Shown here one piece after another: positions 1 through 8,816 of a stretch of DNA of 31,109 nt. The DNA lies in IMG/VR virus record IMGVR_UViG_3300028629_000032, positions 1 to 31,109 of that record, one strand, 5' to 3'. The position numbers and the translations under genes are program-made. Within the stretch, counting starts at the first letter, position 1. Each line of letters begins with the position of its first letter. This DNA comes from a virus. Taxonomy: Duplodnaviria > Caudoviricetes. The notes under the pieces were generated by a model. It was not told the DNA's origin, ran no database searches, and saw only the letters and a list, made by a program, of their open reading frames with translations.

Positions 1-59
1 ATTTCATGGACAGTTGGAAGTTCACTCAATAGTTGCATCTCAAGTAAATAATTAGCCAT
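1..59 (-). CDS. 5' part of a CDS running off the window (MANYLLEMQLLSELPTVHE...)
   Basis: ATG at 59-57 preceded by AGGAGG (70-75); open to the window edge. Confidence 0.6.
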   Translation of the reverse strand, partial: MANYLLEMQLLSELPTVHE

Positions 60-155
60 GTTAATATTTCCTCCTATATTCTTTTTCTATGGTTAGTTCG
101 TTACATTTAAATTTTGTTCTAAAATTTTTTAGAAACATACGTTTGAGTTTGTTTC

Positions 156-989
156 TTATTTTGCAGAATCAGTTTTTAGTTTATTTTGACCTGCAATGTT
201 GTCCATGTGCCATTGAATATCTCTTTGAACTTTCTCAAGTTCTTTTCCGACTTTCTCTCTGCAGCTTTCTGGATTCTTTTGTTTCGGACAGCTTGCAGAT
301 ACTCTTTGTAAAACAGATCGTTTCTGTTTTAAAGCATTCATTTTTATTTTAGACATACAAATTTCTCTATCAGGCCCCTCTCTATATGTACCACATTTTC
401 TAACAGCAGAACTAAATAGGGCAGCAGCTGATCTCCACGCTGCAAATAATGCTTTATCCACCAACATTCCAATTATCATGAGTCTAGCAAATCCTGCTAG
501 ACCACCTGCTAATTTTGCACCACCCTTTGCAACTTTTGCTGCCATCTCTGCAGCAGCTTCATCTAAAGATACTTGTTCACTGACAGTGTCTCGCAATCTT
601 TTTTGGTATAACAAAATCTTATTATTAATTTTATCATTTTCAATTTGAAGTGATTTTGCACAATCTTCTGGATTTTTAGTTTTAGAGCATCCAATTCTAG
701 CTCTACTTAAAATATTTTGTTTTTGTTTTAGAGCTTTTAATTTCTCTCTAGCTATACATGCTTGTTTTCCGGGACCTCCACGAAAAGCACCACATTTTCT
801 ATGAGCAGAACTAAACATTGCTGTTGCTGCTCTCCAAGCTGCTGTAAGTCCAAGGAAACCAAGAGACCAAACCAAACTTACTCTTATATCACCTTTAACC
901 ATTTTTTTAATAGCTGCTCCTGTAATTGGAGCTTCAGAAACAGAGTCCTCTTGTATATATGCTAAATAAGTCTCTAAGATATTTTTCAT
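156..989 (-). CDS. Hypothetical protein with two tandem 4-Cys repeats, possibly a virion/internal head protein
   Basis: 277 aa; repeats AAWRAATAMFSSAHRKCG..C..CSKTKNPEDC and AAWRSAAALFSSAVRKCG..C..CPKQKNPESC. Confidence 0.7.
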   Translation of the reverse strand: MKNILETYLAYIQEDSVSEAPITGAAIKKMVKGDIRVSLVWSLGFLGLTAAWRAATAMFSSAHRKCGAFRGGPGKQACIAREKLKALKQKQNILSRARIGCSKTKNPEDCAKSLQIENDKINNKILLYQKRLRDTVSEQVSLDEAAAEMAAKVAKGGAKLAGGLAGFARLMIIGMLVDKALFAAWRSAAALFSSAVRKCGTYREGPDREICMSKIKMNALKQKRSVLQRVSASCPKQKNPESCREKVGKELEKVQRDIQWHMDNIAGQNKLKTDSAK

Positions 990-1423
990 GTTTTAGGTTC
1001 CTCGACATCTTTAGACATTAAGTCTGATGTAGATGTCTTGTAAATTTCATCCTGTTCGTATCTATTGTTAAAATATTCTGCAATTACAAAATAAAGAGTT
1101 TCCTTGTTTCCATATAAAAACTCAAATTCTTCAGATAGATTTGGACCAAGAAGTTTCAAAGTTAAAGTGATAAAATCTCTACTAACAACATTAAATTGAC
1201 TTTGGTCTAACCTTGTAGCCTCTATAGAATATATTAGAATTCTCTCCTTATAGATAATATCGAAAGCTTTTTTCATATGATATTCAAGAGTTATAGCATA
1301 TGATTCAAAGCTCTTTATAAACGTGTGTTTTCTACTAGCCTTATACTCCAAATATCTTATATATAAAAAAGTAAAAGATATTAAGACTATAGCTAAAAGA
1401 CATGAATAATAAAATAAAGTCAA
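986..1423 (-). CDS. Hypothetical protein with N-terminal TM segment
   Basis: Hydrophobic N-terminus, AGGAGG RBS, 4-nt overlap with the downstream gene. Confidence 0.65.
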   Translation of the reverse strand: MTLFYYSCLLAIVLISFTFLYIRYLEYKASRKHTFIKSFESYAITLEYHMKKAFDIIYKERILIYSIEATRLDQSQFNVVSRDFITLTLKLLGPNLSEEFEFLYGNKETLYFVIAEYFNNRYEQDEIYKTSTSDLMSKDVEEPKT

Positions 1424-1434
1424 AATGAAACCTC

Positions 1435-1680
1435 CTATTCATCTCTTATTACATCTTCTTCGATTCTATTTTCTATTTTCTCATTTGTTTCACTAACAGA
1501 AATTGAAACTATTTTAGATGATCTAGTTATAAGAACTTTATCTGTAGTTTGAATTGTAACAATTCTTTTCAAATCTAATATTTTAGAAAGATTTTCAACG
1601 TAAGAAGAAATATCAGTGTTATCATCATCGTTTAATATAATTGGTTCCATGTTTTCTTGATATATCACTATTCTCTTCAT
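1435..1680 (-). CDS. Hypothetical protein
   Basis: 81 aa ORF in tight operon packing. Confidence 0.6.
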   Translation of the reverse strand: MKRIVIYQENMEPIILNDDDNTDISSYVENLSKILDLKRIVTIQTTDKVLITRSSKIVSISVSETNEKIENRIEEDVIRDE

Positions 1681-1693
1681 CTACAGCTCTCTT

Positions 1694-2062
1694 TCATTTT
1701 GTAGATTTAATCATCTTATCAAGTAAAGTTTCATATTTAATACTCAATTCTTCAATATCAATTTGACTAGTGAAATTAAAATCCTCTTCTTTCTTACTTT
1801 TTTCTTCAATTTTTTCTTCTGCTGCTAGATTTTTTTTCTCTTTTTTTACTTCAACTTTCTCTTCTTTTTTAGGTGGAATTATTCCATTTTCAAATAACTC
1901 ATCTATTTTACAACCAGCACTATTAGTCTTAACTTGTAATTTAATCAAAGGAATCTCATCTTCTGTAGCAATTATAGTTACTGGAGTTCTAACAGTTTTT
2001 CCTTTCAAACTTATCAGTAATCCTGGAGTTTCTATCTTTACTATAAATTTTCTATGATTCAA
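1694..2062 (-). CDS. Hypothetical protein
   Basis: 122 aa, AAAGGAG RBS before a TTG start. Confidence 0.6.
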   Translation of the reverse strand: MNHRKFIVKIETPGLLISLKGKTVRTPVTIIATEDEIPLIKLQVKTNSAGCKIDELFENGIIPPKKEEKVEVKKEKKNLAAEEKIEEKSKKEEDFNFTSQIDIEELSIKYETLLDKMIKSTK

Positions 2063-2076
2063 GATTAGCTCCTTTC

Positions 2077-2116
2077 AAAAAAAGGTCAGGTGGAAAATTT
2101 AATCCACCTGACCTTT
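2077..2116 (-). terminator. Rho-independent terminator
   Basis: 14-bp stem AAAGGTCAGGTGGA/TCCACCTGACCTTT with U-tract on the minus strand, just after the 2127 stop. Confidence 0.85.
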
Positions 2117-2126
2117 CTAATCTATA

Positions 2127-3200
2127 TTATGAACTAACTTCTTCTGGTTTAACTTTTTCTTTCTTTTCTTCCTCTTCCTCTTCTTCCTCCTCTTTCTCTT
2201 CTCCAGCTTCTTCTTCATCCTCTTCTGCTAGAAAATCTTCACCTAGAAAATCTAAATCTTCTTCTAAGCTAAGATCTTCTTTTTGAAGTCCGAGATCATC
2301 TTTATCTAATTCATCTTCTACTGGTTTTTCTTTACCAGCTGCTCCAGCTTCTTCGTTTCCGGCAGGAGTTTCACCATCATCTTCTTCCATCATAATCTCT
2401 TCTTTGAAGATCTTGAATGCCTCTTCAATTTCTTCCTTTGCGGTTCTATCTGATTTTCCAGAAGCTTTTGAAAGTGGACCAATTGGGAAAGATTCCTTTG
2501 TAGCAACTTTCTTATCTACATCAAGTGGTTCTTCTTTTGCAGCATCTACATCACCTTGTTCCCCATCAGAAACACCAGCTTGGTCTGCCTTCTCTCCCTC
2601 TTTTTCATCTTCTTCATTTTCCATTTCTTCAATTAGTTTTTCTAAAATAGCACTTTCCATTGAAAGTTCTTCTGATTCATTATCTATAAATTTCTTTTGT
2701 GCCATATGACCTGCAGCAGCCCCACCAGTAACACCAGCAACACCAAGAGGTAATCCAAGACTACCACCAAGAACTGCTCCAGCAACACCTTCTTCTAGAT
2801 CATCTGCATCCCCAATATAATCTTCTTCACCAAGAAGATCTAAATCTTCAGATAGATCAAGTGCTTCTTCAATACTGGTTTCATCATCAAGAATTTCATC
2901 TTCAAAATCATCCATTGTTTCTTCAACATCATCTGGAGTATCGCCAGTTACGATCTCATTTTTTTCCTCTGGATCTGGTTCTTCTGCAGTCTGCTCCATT
3001 ACATTAACACCGGAGTCACTCTTTTCATTGAAATAATATCTTTCAAGAATAGAGGCTGCATCTTTATTTGTTTCCATTTCGCCATCACCAGTATAACCAA
3101 TAATAGGTTCGGTCATTGGGCCTTTGTAATCGAATGATTTAACATCATATTCAGAAATTGCTTCTTTCAGTAAATTTACATATGATACTTTCTTCTTCAT
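2127..3200 (-). CDS. Highly acidic protein, possible prohead scaffold/core protein
   Basis: ATG 3200 behind AGGGAGG (better than 3284); extreme E/D content, many LxE motifs, central Gly/Ala stretch; function is inference. Confidence 0.6.
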   Translation of the reverse strand: MKKKVSYVNLLKEAISEYDVKSFDYKGPMTEPIIGYTGDGEMETNKDAASILERYYFNEKSDSGVNVMEQTAEEPDPEEKNEIVTGDTPDDVEETMDDFEDEILDDETSIEEALDLSEDLDLLGEEDYIGDADDLEEGVAGAVLGGSLGLPLGVAGVTGGAAAGHMAQKKFIDNESEELSMESAILEKLIEEMENEEDEKEGEKADQAGVSDGEQGDVDAAKEEPLDVDKKVATKESFPIGPLSKASGKSDRTAKEEIEEAFKIFKEEIMMEEDDGETPAGNEEAGAAGKEKPVEDELDKDDLGLQKEDLSLEEDLDFLGEDFLAEEDEEEAGEEKEEEEEEEEEKKEKVKPEEVSS

Positions 3201-3271
3201 ATAAAAATTCCTCCCTAAGGTAATTTTCGTTGACTTTTTCCTCGATTTTGTTATTTGTTCTGAGAAATTTA

Positions 3272-3844
3272 CTAATCTCGGCAAGTTTGTTTCTTAGACT
3301 TTTTAACTTTAATAATCTCAAATGGTGGTTTTACTGCAGAAGAAAAAGAAGCAGAACACTCCAATGCAAGTCTTATTTTATCCTCAATTGAAAGATCAGA
3401 TTGATGTGTTGCATGTAAGTGTCCAAGTGCATAGTTTCTCCCAGCACCAATAGCCATATAATCAGTTTTATGTATTGCAACTTGAAAATCACACATTATA
3501 TGATATATTTTTCCATTAAATCCTATCAAGAATTCCATATCATCTAGTTCATTTTTGTCTCCAGGATCGAATCCTTTTGATTTTAAACATTTTGCTAATG
3601 AATCAATAAATGTCGAACACAGATAATCGTGATCTGACTGTTCATCTTTTTGTTTTGGAATTTTAAACACAGATTTAATTATTTGACCAATTCTAAACGA
3701 ACCAACAAAACCAAAAGCTATTCCATCTTTCATGAAAACTTTTGAGTCATTTCTGATAGTATAATCATGTCCATCAATACTTATTGAGTCACCTCCAAGA
3801 TAAAGGATTCCATTTCCAGAGTCATATCCTATTACACAAGACAT
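3272..3844 (-). CDS. Ntn-hydrolase, HslV/proteasome-subunit-like protease
   Basis: M-S-C-V-I-G...LGGDS N-terminus, K in DSKVF, AIGAG motif. Confidence 0.7.
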   Translation of the reverse strand: MSCVIGYDSGNGILYLGGDSISIDGHDYTIRNDSKVFMKDGIAFGFVGSFRIGQIIKSVFKIPKQKDEQSDHDYLCSTFIDSLAKCLKSKGFDPGDKNELDDMEFLIGFNGKIYHIMCDFQVAIHKTDYMAIGAGRNYALGHLHATHQSDLSIEDKIRLALECSASFSSAVKPPFEIIKVKKSKKQTCRD

Positions 3845-3853
3845 CTCATCCTC

Positions 3854-5353
3854 CTAAAATCCTTCAATTCCAAACCCAGTAAAACCACCTTTTTTATCAA
3901 ATGTTGATATCATAGTATCATCTGGTTTATCAGGATTGGTTACTCTATATCCATTTTCAAATTTAAAATATTTAAAGTTAGTTTTAAATTCTAGAGATTG
4001 ATCTGATTTTCCACTTCTATTTTTTCCAACTTTTACATATACTTTATTATCAACAGTTCCATCTTTTATTAATAAGAAAATACAATCTGAATGTTCAATT
4101 TTCTTAGCTGATTCTGAAACTTGATCTAAATTTAAGCTTTTAGAGTCCGCTGTTCTATATGCAGACTTATTTAATTGTGTAGCTGAAATGATTGGAATTC
4201 CATAATGAACTGCCAAGTTCTTTAAAGATAGTGTAATAAATCCGAGTTCCAATCTATATAAGTCATATTTAACATCTGTTTTAAGAAGATCCAAATAATC
4301 TACATACAATCCTTTAATGGACTCTTTTCCATACTCAAGAATAGCATCGTCTAAAACCATGGACAAATCTACTGTACTAATCGACATACCAGGAAAATAT
4401 TTTAGTATTAGTGTAGATTTTGTCTGTAGCAATTTAGCTTTTATTTGATCTTCAATATATTTTTTACCGTGTTTAACAACATCCCCAATAGCATCTTTAA
4501 TTACTTTATTAAATAACATTTGATATAATCTAATTAAAGTTTCGTCAACTGAGTTTTCAAGTGTTACATAAATAAATACATTTTCAACTTTCTTATCTTT
4601 ATCTTTTTCAGGAATTAATACTGTATTAGTACAATTTGCGATACAATTTAACATTAAAGTCGATTTTCCTGAACCACTACCACCAGCAAAGATGTATAAT
4701 CTAGAAGCTTCAAATCCTCCATTAAATATATCATTATCTAAAATTTGAAATCCTGTTGGTGTAGTATTTTTTCTTTCATATTTTTCTAATGCTCTAATTA
4801 ATGCATCTTCATAATCATCTTTAAATAAGTCGAGAGATTTTGATGCTTCTAATGCTGTGGATCTTCCAGCATCCATTAAACCTAAATACATTTCTCTGAC
4901 TATTTGCTCGTAATTTAGAACAACATCATCCATAGAATCGTAAGATCCATCTTTCCATGTATCTATAAAACTAGTTATTTTATCATAGTTGTGCAGCATG
5001 GAATTTAACTTTTTTCTAAGTCTTATTTGATTAACGTTATTCTCCAAAATATTATCTTTAACTTCTTCATTCATTTTAATATAAATGAAATCAATAACAT
5101 TTTTGAACTTCTCACTGAAAGAGAGACTGTCAATAATATTATCTATATCTTTATCATTTAATCTCATCTGACATACTTTAATTAAGCAGTCAACTTTATT
5201 TTTAATTGACATCGGAATACTTATCTTTTCCTTCTTTTTATAAAAATCAAGAATCTCCAGAATATCTCTATATAATGTATTATTCCTTCTGATTTTTGTA
5301 TTTTTATTAAAGATTAATGAAAAACATGAGTCAACAAAAGATTGGGTTATCAC
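3854..5353 (-). CDS. Replicative SF4 DNA helicase (DnaB/T4 gp41-like)
   Basis: Walker A GGSGSGKS, catalytic TLEN, Walker B YVDYLD, SATQLNK, KNRSG. Confidence 0.9.
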   Translation of the reverse strand: MITQSFVDSCFSLIFNKNTKIRRNNTLYRDILEILDFYKKKEKISIPMSIKNKVDCLIKVCQMRLNDKDIDNIIDSLSFSEKFKNVIDFIYIKMNEEVKDNILENNVNQIRLRKKLNSMLHNYDKITSFIDTWKDGSYDSMDDVVLNYEQIVREMYLGLMDAGRSTALEASKSLDLFKDDYEDALIRALEKYERKNTTPTGFQILDNDIFNGGFEASRLYIFAGGSGSGKSTLMLNCIANCTNTVLIPEKDKDKKVENVFIYVTLENSVDETLIRLYQMLFNKVIKDAIGDVVKHGKKYIEDQIKAKLLQTKSTLILKYFPGMSISTVDLSMVLDDAILEYGKESIKGLYVDYLDLLKTDVKYDLYRLELGFITLSLKNLAVHYGIPIISATQLNKSAYRTADSKSLNLDQVSESAKKIEHSDCIFLLIKDGTVDNKVYVKVGKNRSGKSDQSLEFKTNFKYFKFENGYRVTNPDKPDDTMISTFDKKGGFTGFGIEGF

Positions 5354-5354
5354 T

Positions 5355-5945
5355 CTATTCCCCCCAAATAAGTTTCTTTAATCCATTTACTAATTTGTTA
5401 CCAATAGTTTTTTCAGATTCCACACCTATGGTTTTAAATGAATTTCCATCATGAACTTTTAGCTGATTATCAAATGTATCATAAACAATAGTTCCTGTTG
5501 GAGGTTGTAGTGGAGTATGTGAATGACTGGGTGGAGAAGAGTAATATCCGGATACAAAACCAGATGTACCAACCACATATCCAGAAACTCCACTCACAGC
5601 TTGACCTAATCCCCAATATCCAGATGGTCCACCACTAGATCCAGACCAACCAGAAGAGTAGCTAGTACAACCAGAATAACCTGAATAGTCTGGTTCTTTC
5701 TTTCCTACTATCTTTTCAATCCAGTCCAGTTTTGCCATTCCTTGACATTTTTTACAAACCCTTCTTCCCCATGCTTCATCTGTAATATAACCATATCCTT
5801 TACATACATCACATAAAACTTCACCCTCTTCAAGTTCTTCTTCTTTAAGGGGATCTATTCTAAAACCATAATCATCATATATAGATTTTTGGTTTATAGT
5901 GTGTGTATGAGAAGGAAGGTTGTATGCATGACCAGCAAATGACAT
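5355..5945 (-). CDS. Protein with CxxCxGxG zinc finger and Gly/Ser/Tyr-rich low-complexity region
   Basis: CDVCKGYG...CKKCQG..LDWIEK. Confidence 0.65.
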   Translation of the reverse strand: MSFAGHAYNLPSHTHTINQKSIYDDYGFRIDPLKEEELEEGEVLCDVCKGYGYITDEAWGRRVCKKCQGMAKLDWIEKIVGKKEPDYSGYSGCTSYSSGWSGSSGGPSGYWGLGQAVSGVSGYVVGTSGFVSGYYSSPPSHSHTPLQPPTGTIVYDTFDNQLKVHDGNSFKTIGVESEKTIGNKLVNGLKKLIWGE

Positions 5946-5946
5946 T

Positions 5947-7326
5947 TTACCACCTCACAATTTTATTTCTATCATTTAGAAGTTCGATAAATTCATCTTT
6001 TGCTAAAAACTTTTCTACTATACTTTTACAATACTCTTCGTCAAGGTTACTCAACATATCTAAAGATCTAACTATACTATATGTTTTGTTTTGCTGTTTC
6101 CTGGTGATCTTTTCATTATTAATGTTTCTGGTTATTAGTTCTGCTTTATTATTAAATTCTTCTAGTTCTCCTGCTTCATATAAAGGATATAAACATTGCA
6201 CAACATCCTTCATCTTATCTTGGACTTTAGAATACATATAAAGAGAATACAACATAGTATAGATTTTTATATCTGTATGAAATGTTCCTGATTTTCCACA
6301 ATAAACATCAGATCTATTGATTCTCTTAAAATTAAATGTATCTGAAAATTCATCTAATGTTTCTAAATACTTTTCCATTATTTTCTTTTCTTCATTTCTA
6401 TATCTCAACCCAAGAGATGTAGTTCTAATATCAACTTTTTTGATTGCTTCACCATCCATTATATATACATATCTTCCTCTCATTAACCCTTTGAAAAGAC
6501 CAGAAGAATCATATGTAATTTCTAAATCTAATTTATGTTTCTTCATTATATGTAATTTAAATAACTCATAAAATAAAATTTCTCTAAAGTTAGATCCACC
6601 CAAAATATGAAAATGCAAAACAGATCTTTTATTTTTGAGAGCTTCGTTGATTAATGGAATCATTGGAAGGACATAAATGATACAAGGAATATCCATATCA
6701 GAAGATTGGTTAGCTACAATACCACCCGTAGCATGATAGTTAAAATATTTAAACATTTCTTCATCATGTAAAATCTTAGAGTATATTTCCCAAAGTTTTG
6801 GTGTTCTGAAATGGTGAACATATATCATTTTATTTCTAACATTATCAGGGAGATTTGCTGCATTTACATATGACTCATGGTTTAGTCTATAAACATCATC
6901 AAATGTATTAAATACTTTGCAATTTGGACCTGGTGGGACGTCAAGAATAAATGCTCTATTATAACTATCAACATACTCAGTCAAAAAGTCATAATACATA
7001 TTGAATAAAAGATCTGTTTGTCTTTTATCAAGAAGACCAATAGAAATCTGAAATCCTCCAGAATCTACAAAGAACTCAGAATCATTAAAGAAACCAAATC
7101 CTCTACATTTGGTAAATAATTCATTTTCTTTTTTAGAATACTTTTCATATTTTCTTGCATCCCTAAAATATTGTCCGTAAGAATGCAAAAATTTATTACA
7201 AGTGTTAGAAAAGAAATTATTTATATCCTGTCGGGTGAAATTCTGTTCGTATTCATCCCCTTTAATAAATCTATCTAAAATTCCTGCTACTGTTTCAAAT
7301 CCAGCGCATACATAGTTATTTCTCAC
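5947..7326 (-). CDS. TGT/DpdA-like guanine transglycosylase (candidate 7-deazaguanine DNA insertase)
   Basis: FVDSGGFQ (TGT catalytic Asp motif), ILDVPP, HFHILGG, TYDSS; queE 0.8 kb away and queC in the window. Confidence 0.7.
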   Translation of the reverse strand: MRNNYVCAGFETVAGILDRFIKGDEYEQNFTRQDINNFFSNTCNKFLHSYGQYFRDARKYEKYSKKENELFTKCRGFGFFNDSEFFVDSGGFQISIGLLDKRQTDLLFNMYYDFLTEYVDSYNRAFILDVPPGPNCKVFNTFDDVYRLNHESYVNAANLPDNVRNKMIYVHHFRTPKLWEIYSKILHDEEMFKYFNYHATGGIVANQSSDMDIPCIIYVLPMIPLINEALKNKRSVLHFHILGGSNFREILFYELFKLHIMKKHKLDLEITYDSSGLFKGLMRGRYVYIMDGEAIKKVDIRTTSLGLRYRNEEKKIMEKYLETLDEFSDTFNFKRINRSDVYCGKSGTFHTDIKIYTMLYSLYMYSKVQDKMKDVVQCLYPLYEAGELEEFNNKAELITRNINNEKITRKQQNKTYSIVRSLDMLSNLDEEYCKSIVEKFLAKDEFIELLNDRNKIVRW

Positions 7327-7406
7327 TTGTTCTTCTCCTAATTTTCATTACATAATTTATTCCCGACATAGGATATAGATATCCGATGAGAAAGAATCTG
7401 AAGTCA

Positions 7407-7598
7407 TTAAAAGATATGAACAAACAAAATATCAAGTTCCCACACATCACCTTGTTTCTCTAGACAAAATAGAGAAACCCCACTATTATCATCTTCTTCT
7501 GGTTCACCAACAACTCTAAGAATATCAAACCAAAATGAAATTTTACCATCGTTCCTATAAAAACCAAAGTCAAAAATTCCAACGTAGTAATTAGACAT
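7407..7598 (-). CDS. Hypothetical protein
   Basis: 63 aa, abuts the groES stop. Confidence 0.5.
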   Translation of the reverse strand: MSNYYVGIFDFGFYRNDGKISFWFDILRVVGEPEEDDNSGVSLFCLEKQGDVWELDILFVHIF

Positions 7599-7871
7599 TT
7601 AGACCTCTTTTAGAATACCATAGATTTCTGCTTCTCCCAGAACTTTATAAATAACATCATCAACGATAAAATCTTGGCCTCCACGTGGATGATAAAAAAT
7701 GGTATCTCCAATCTTTACATATTTTACATCTGTACCAATAGATTCAACAACACCTTGATTTTGAGGTTCTGCTTTAACGTTCTCTGGAATCACAATACCA
7801 CTCTCTCTAACATTTTGCTTGAATACAACTCTAACTACAACTTTATCGCAAATCGCTTCCACTTTCTTCAT
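7599..7871 (-). CDS. groES: Co-chaperonin GroES (Cpn10)
   Basis: DKVVV...SGIVIP mobile loop, GVVESIG, VKIGD, EAEIYGI; 90 aa. Confidence 0.88.
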   Translation of the reverse strand: MKKVEAICDKVVVRVVFKQNVRESGIVIPENVKAEPQNQGVVESIGTDVKYVKIGDTIFYHPRGGQDFIVDDVIYKVLGEAEIYGILKEV

Positions 7872-8127
7872 CTTTCTTGCTCCTTTTCTTTAGTCTATCT
7901 GAAACTCTAATATTTTTTAGTCTTTCTTTTTCATTTCGGCGCCTGGCATCAATACTCTTCTTTCTTTTAGAATCTCCAGGTTTCATATAATAAGATTTTT
8001 TCTTCAAGTCTTGAAGGATTCCTGATTTAGAAACTTTCTTTTTAAATCTTCTAATAAGAGTTTCTGTATCTTCCCCTTCTCTCTTCTCTACAAATATTCC
8101 TTTTATTTCATTTTGTTTTTCACTCAT
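7843..8127 (-). CDS. rpsU: Ribosomal protein bS21
   Basis: EDTETLIRRFKKKVSKSGILQDLKKKSYYMKPGDSKRKK; start reassigned to ATG 8127 behind GGGGGTGAG. Confidence 0.88.
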   Translation of the reverse strand: MSEKQNEIKGIFVEKREGEDTETLIRRFKKKVSKSGILQDLKKKSYYMKPGDSKRKKSIDARRRNEKERLKNIRVSDRLKKRSKKDEESGSDLR

Positions 8128-8146
8128 TGATGTACTCACCCCCGGT

Positions 8147-8806
8147 TTATACAAATCCATATATAATATGTTCTCTGGAAGAGAAGTTGAATTTGTATTT
8201 TTCACACATATCAAATACACAATGCTGATTCTGAAATAACTCGTCTCTTGTTTTTCCTTCTGGCATAATATAAACTCTTTCGTTTATATTAAAACTTGTT
8301 AGAAACTGTAAGTAATCATGTACAATCTTTCTATCCTCACCAACAACTTTTATATATATTTTTTCGTTTGATATAATTCTCTTAGTTAAATCAGTATAAA
8401 AATCAAAATCCTTTTCTGAAAATAACTTTGGTGATAAAATATACTTAACATTCTTTTTTGGATCTACATCTTTAATGAGTTTTATTAAACCATAACCATT
8501 TGTTTCTACATTATAATAGTTACAATTTACATAATTTATTAAGTCCAACGTTCCAGATAAATTTAGATTGAATGTTGGTTCTCCACCAGTGATAAGTAGA
8601 CCACACTTTTTATCATCTACTACATTTTGAATAGTTTGAATTTCATATTCTGACTCAACAGATATTCTCATTTTTACAGAAGTATCACACCAAGGACATG
8701 ATCTATTACATCTTTTAAATCTTACAATAAGCATTGATTTTCCAGTATCTGGACCCTCACCTTGATATGATTGAAAACACTCAATTAATCTAACTACTTT
8801 TGACAT
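8147..8806 (-). CDS. queE: 7-carboxy-7-deazaguanine synthase-like radical SAM enzyme
   Basis: SYQGEG..TG...VRFKRCNRSCPWCDT, ITGGEP, VETNG, LSPK. Confidence 0.85.
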   Translation of the reverse strand: MSKVVRLIECFQSYQGEGPDTGKSMLIVRFKRCNRSCPWCDTSVKMRISVESEYEIQTIQNVVDDKKCGLLITGGEPTFNLNLSGTLDLINYVNCNYYNVETNGYGLIKLIKDVDPKKNVKYILSPKLFSEKDFDFYTDLTKRIISNEKIYIKVVGEDRKIVHDYLQFLTSFNINERVYIMPEGKTRDELFQNQHCVFDMCEKYKFNFSSREHIIYGFV

Positions 8807-8816
8807 GACTCCCCCT

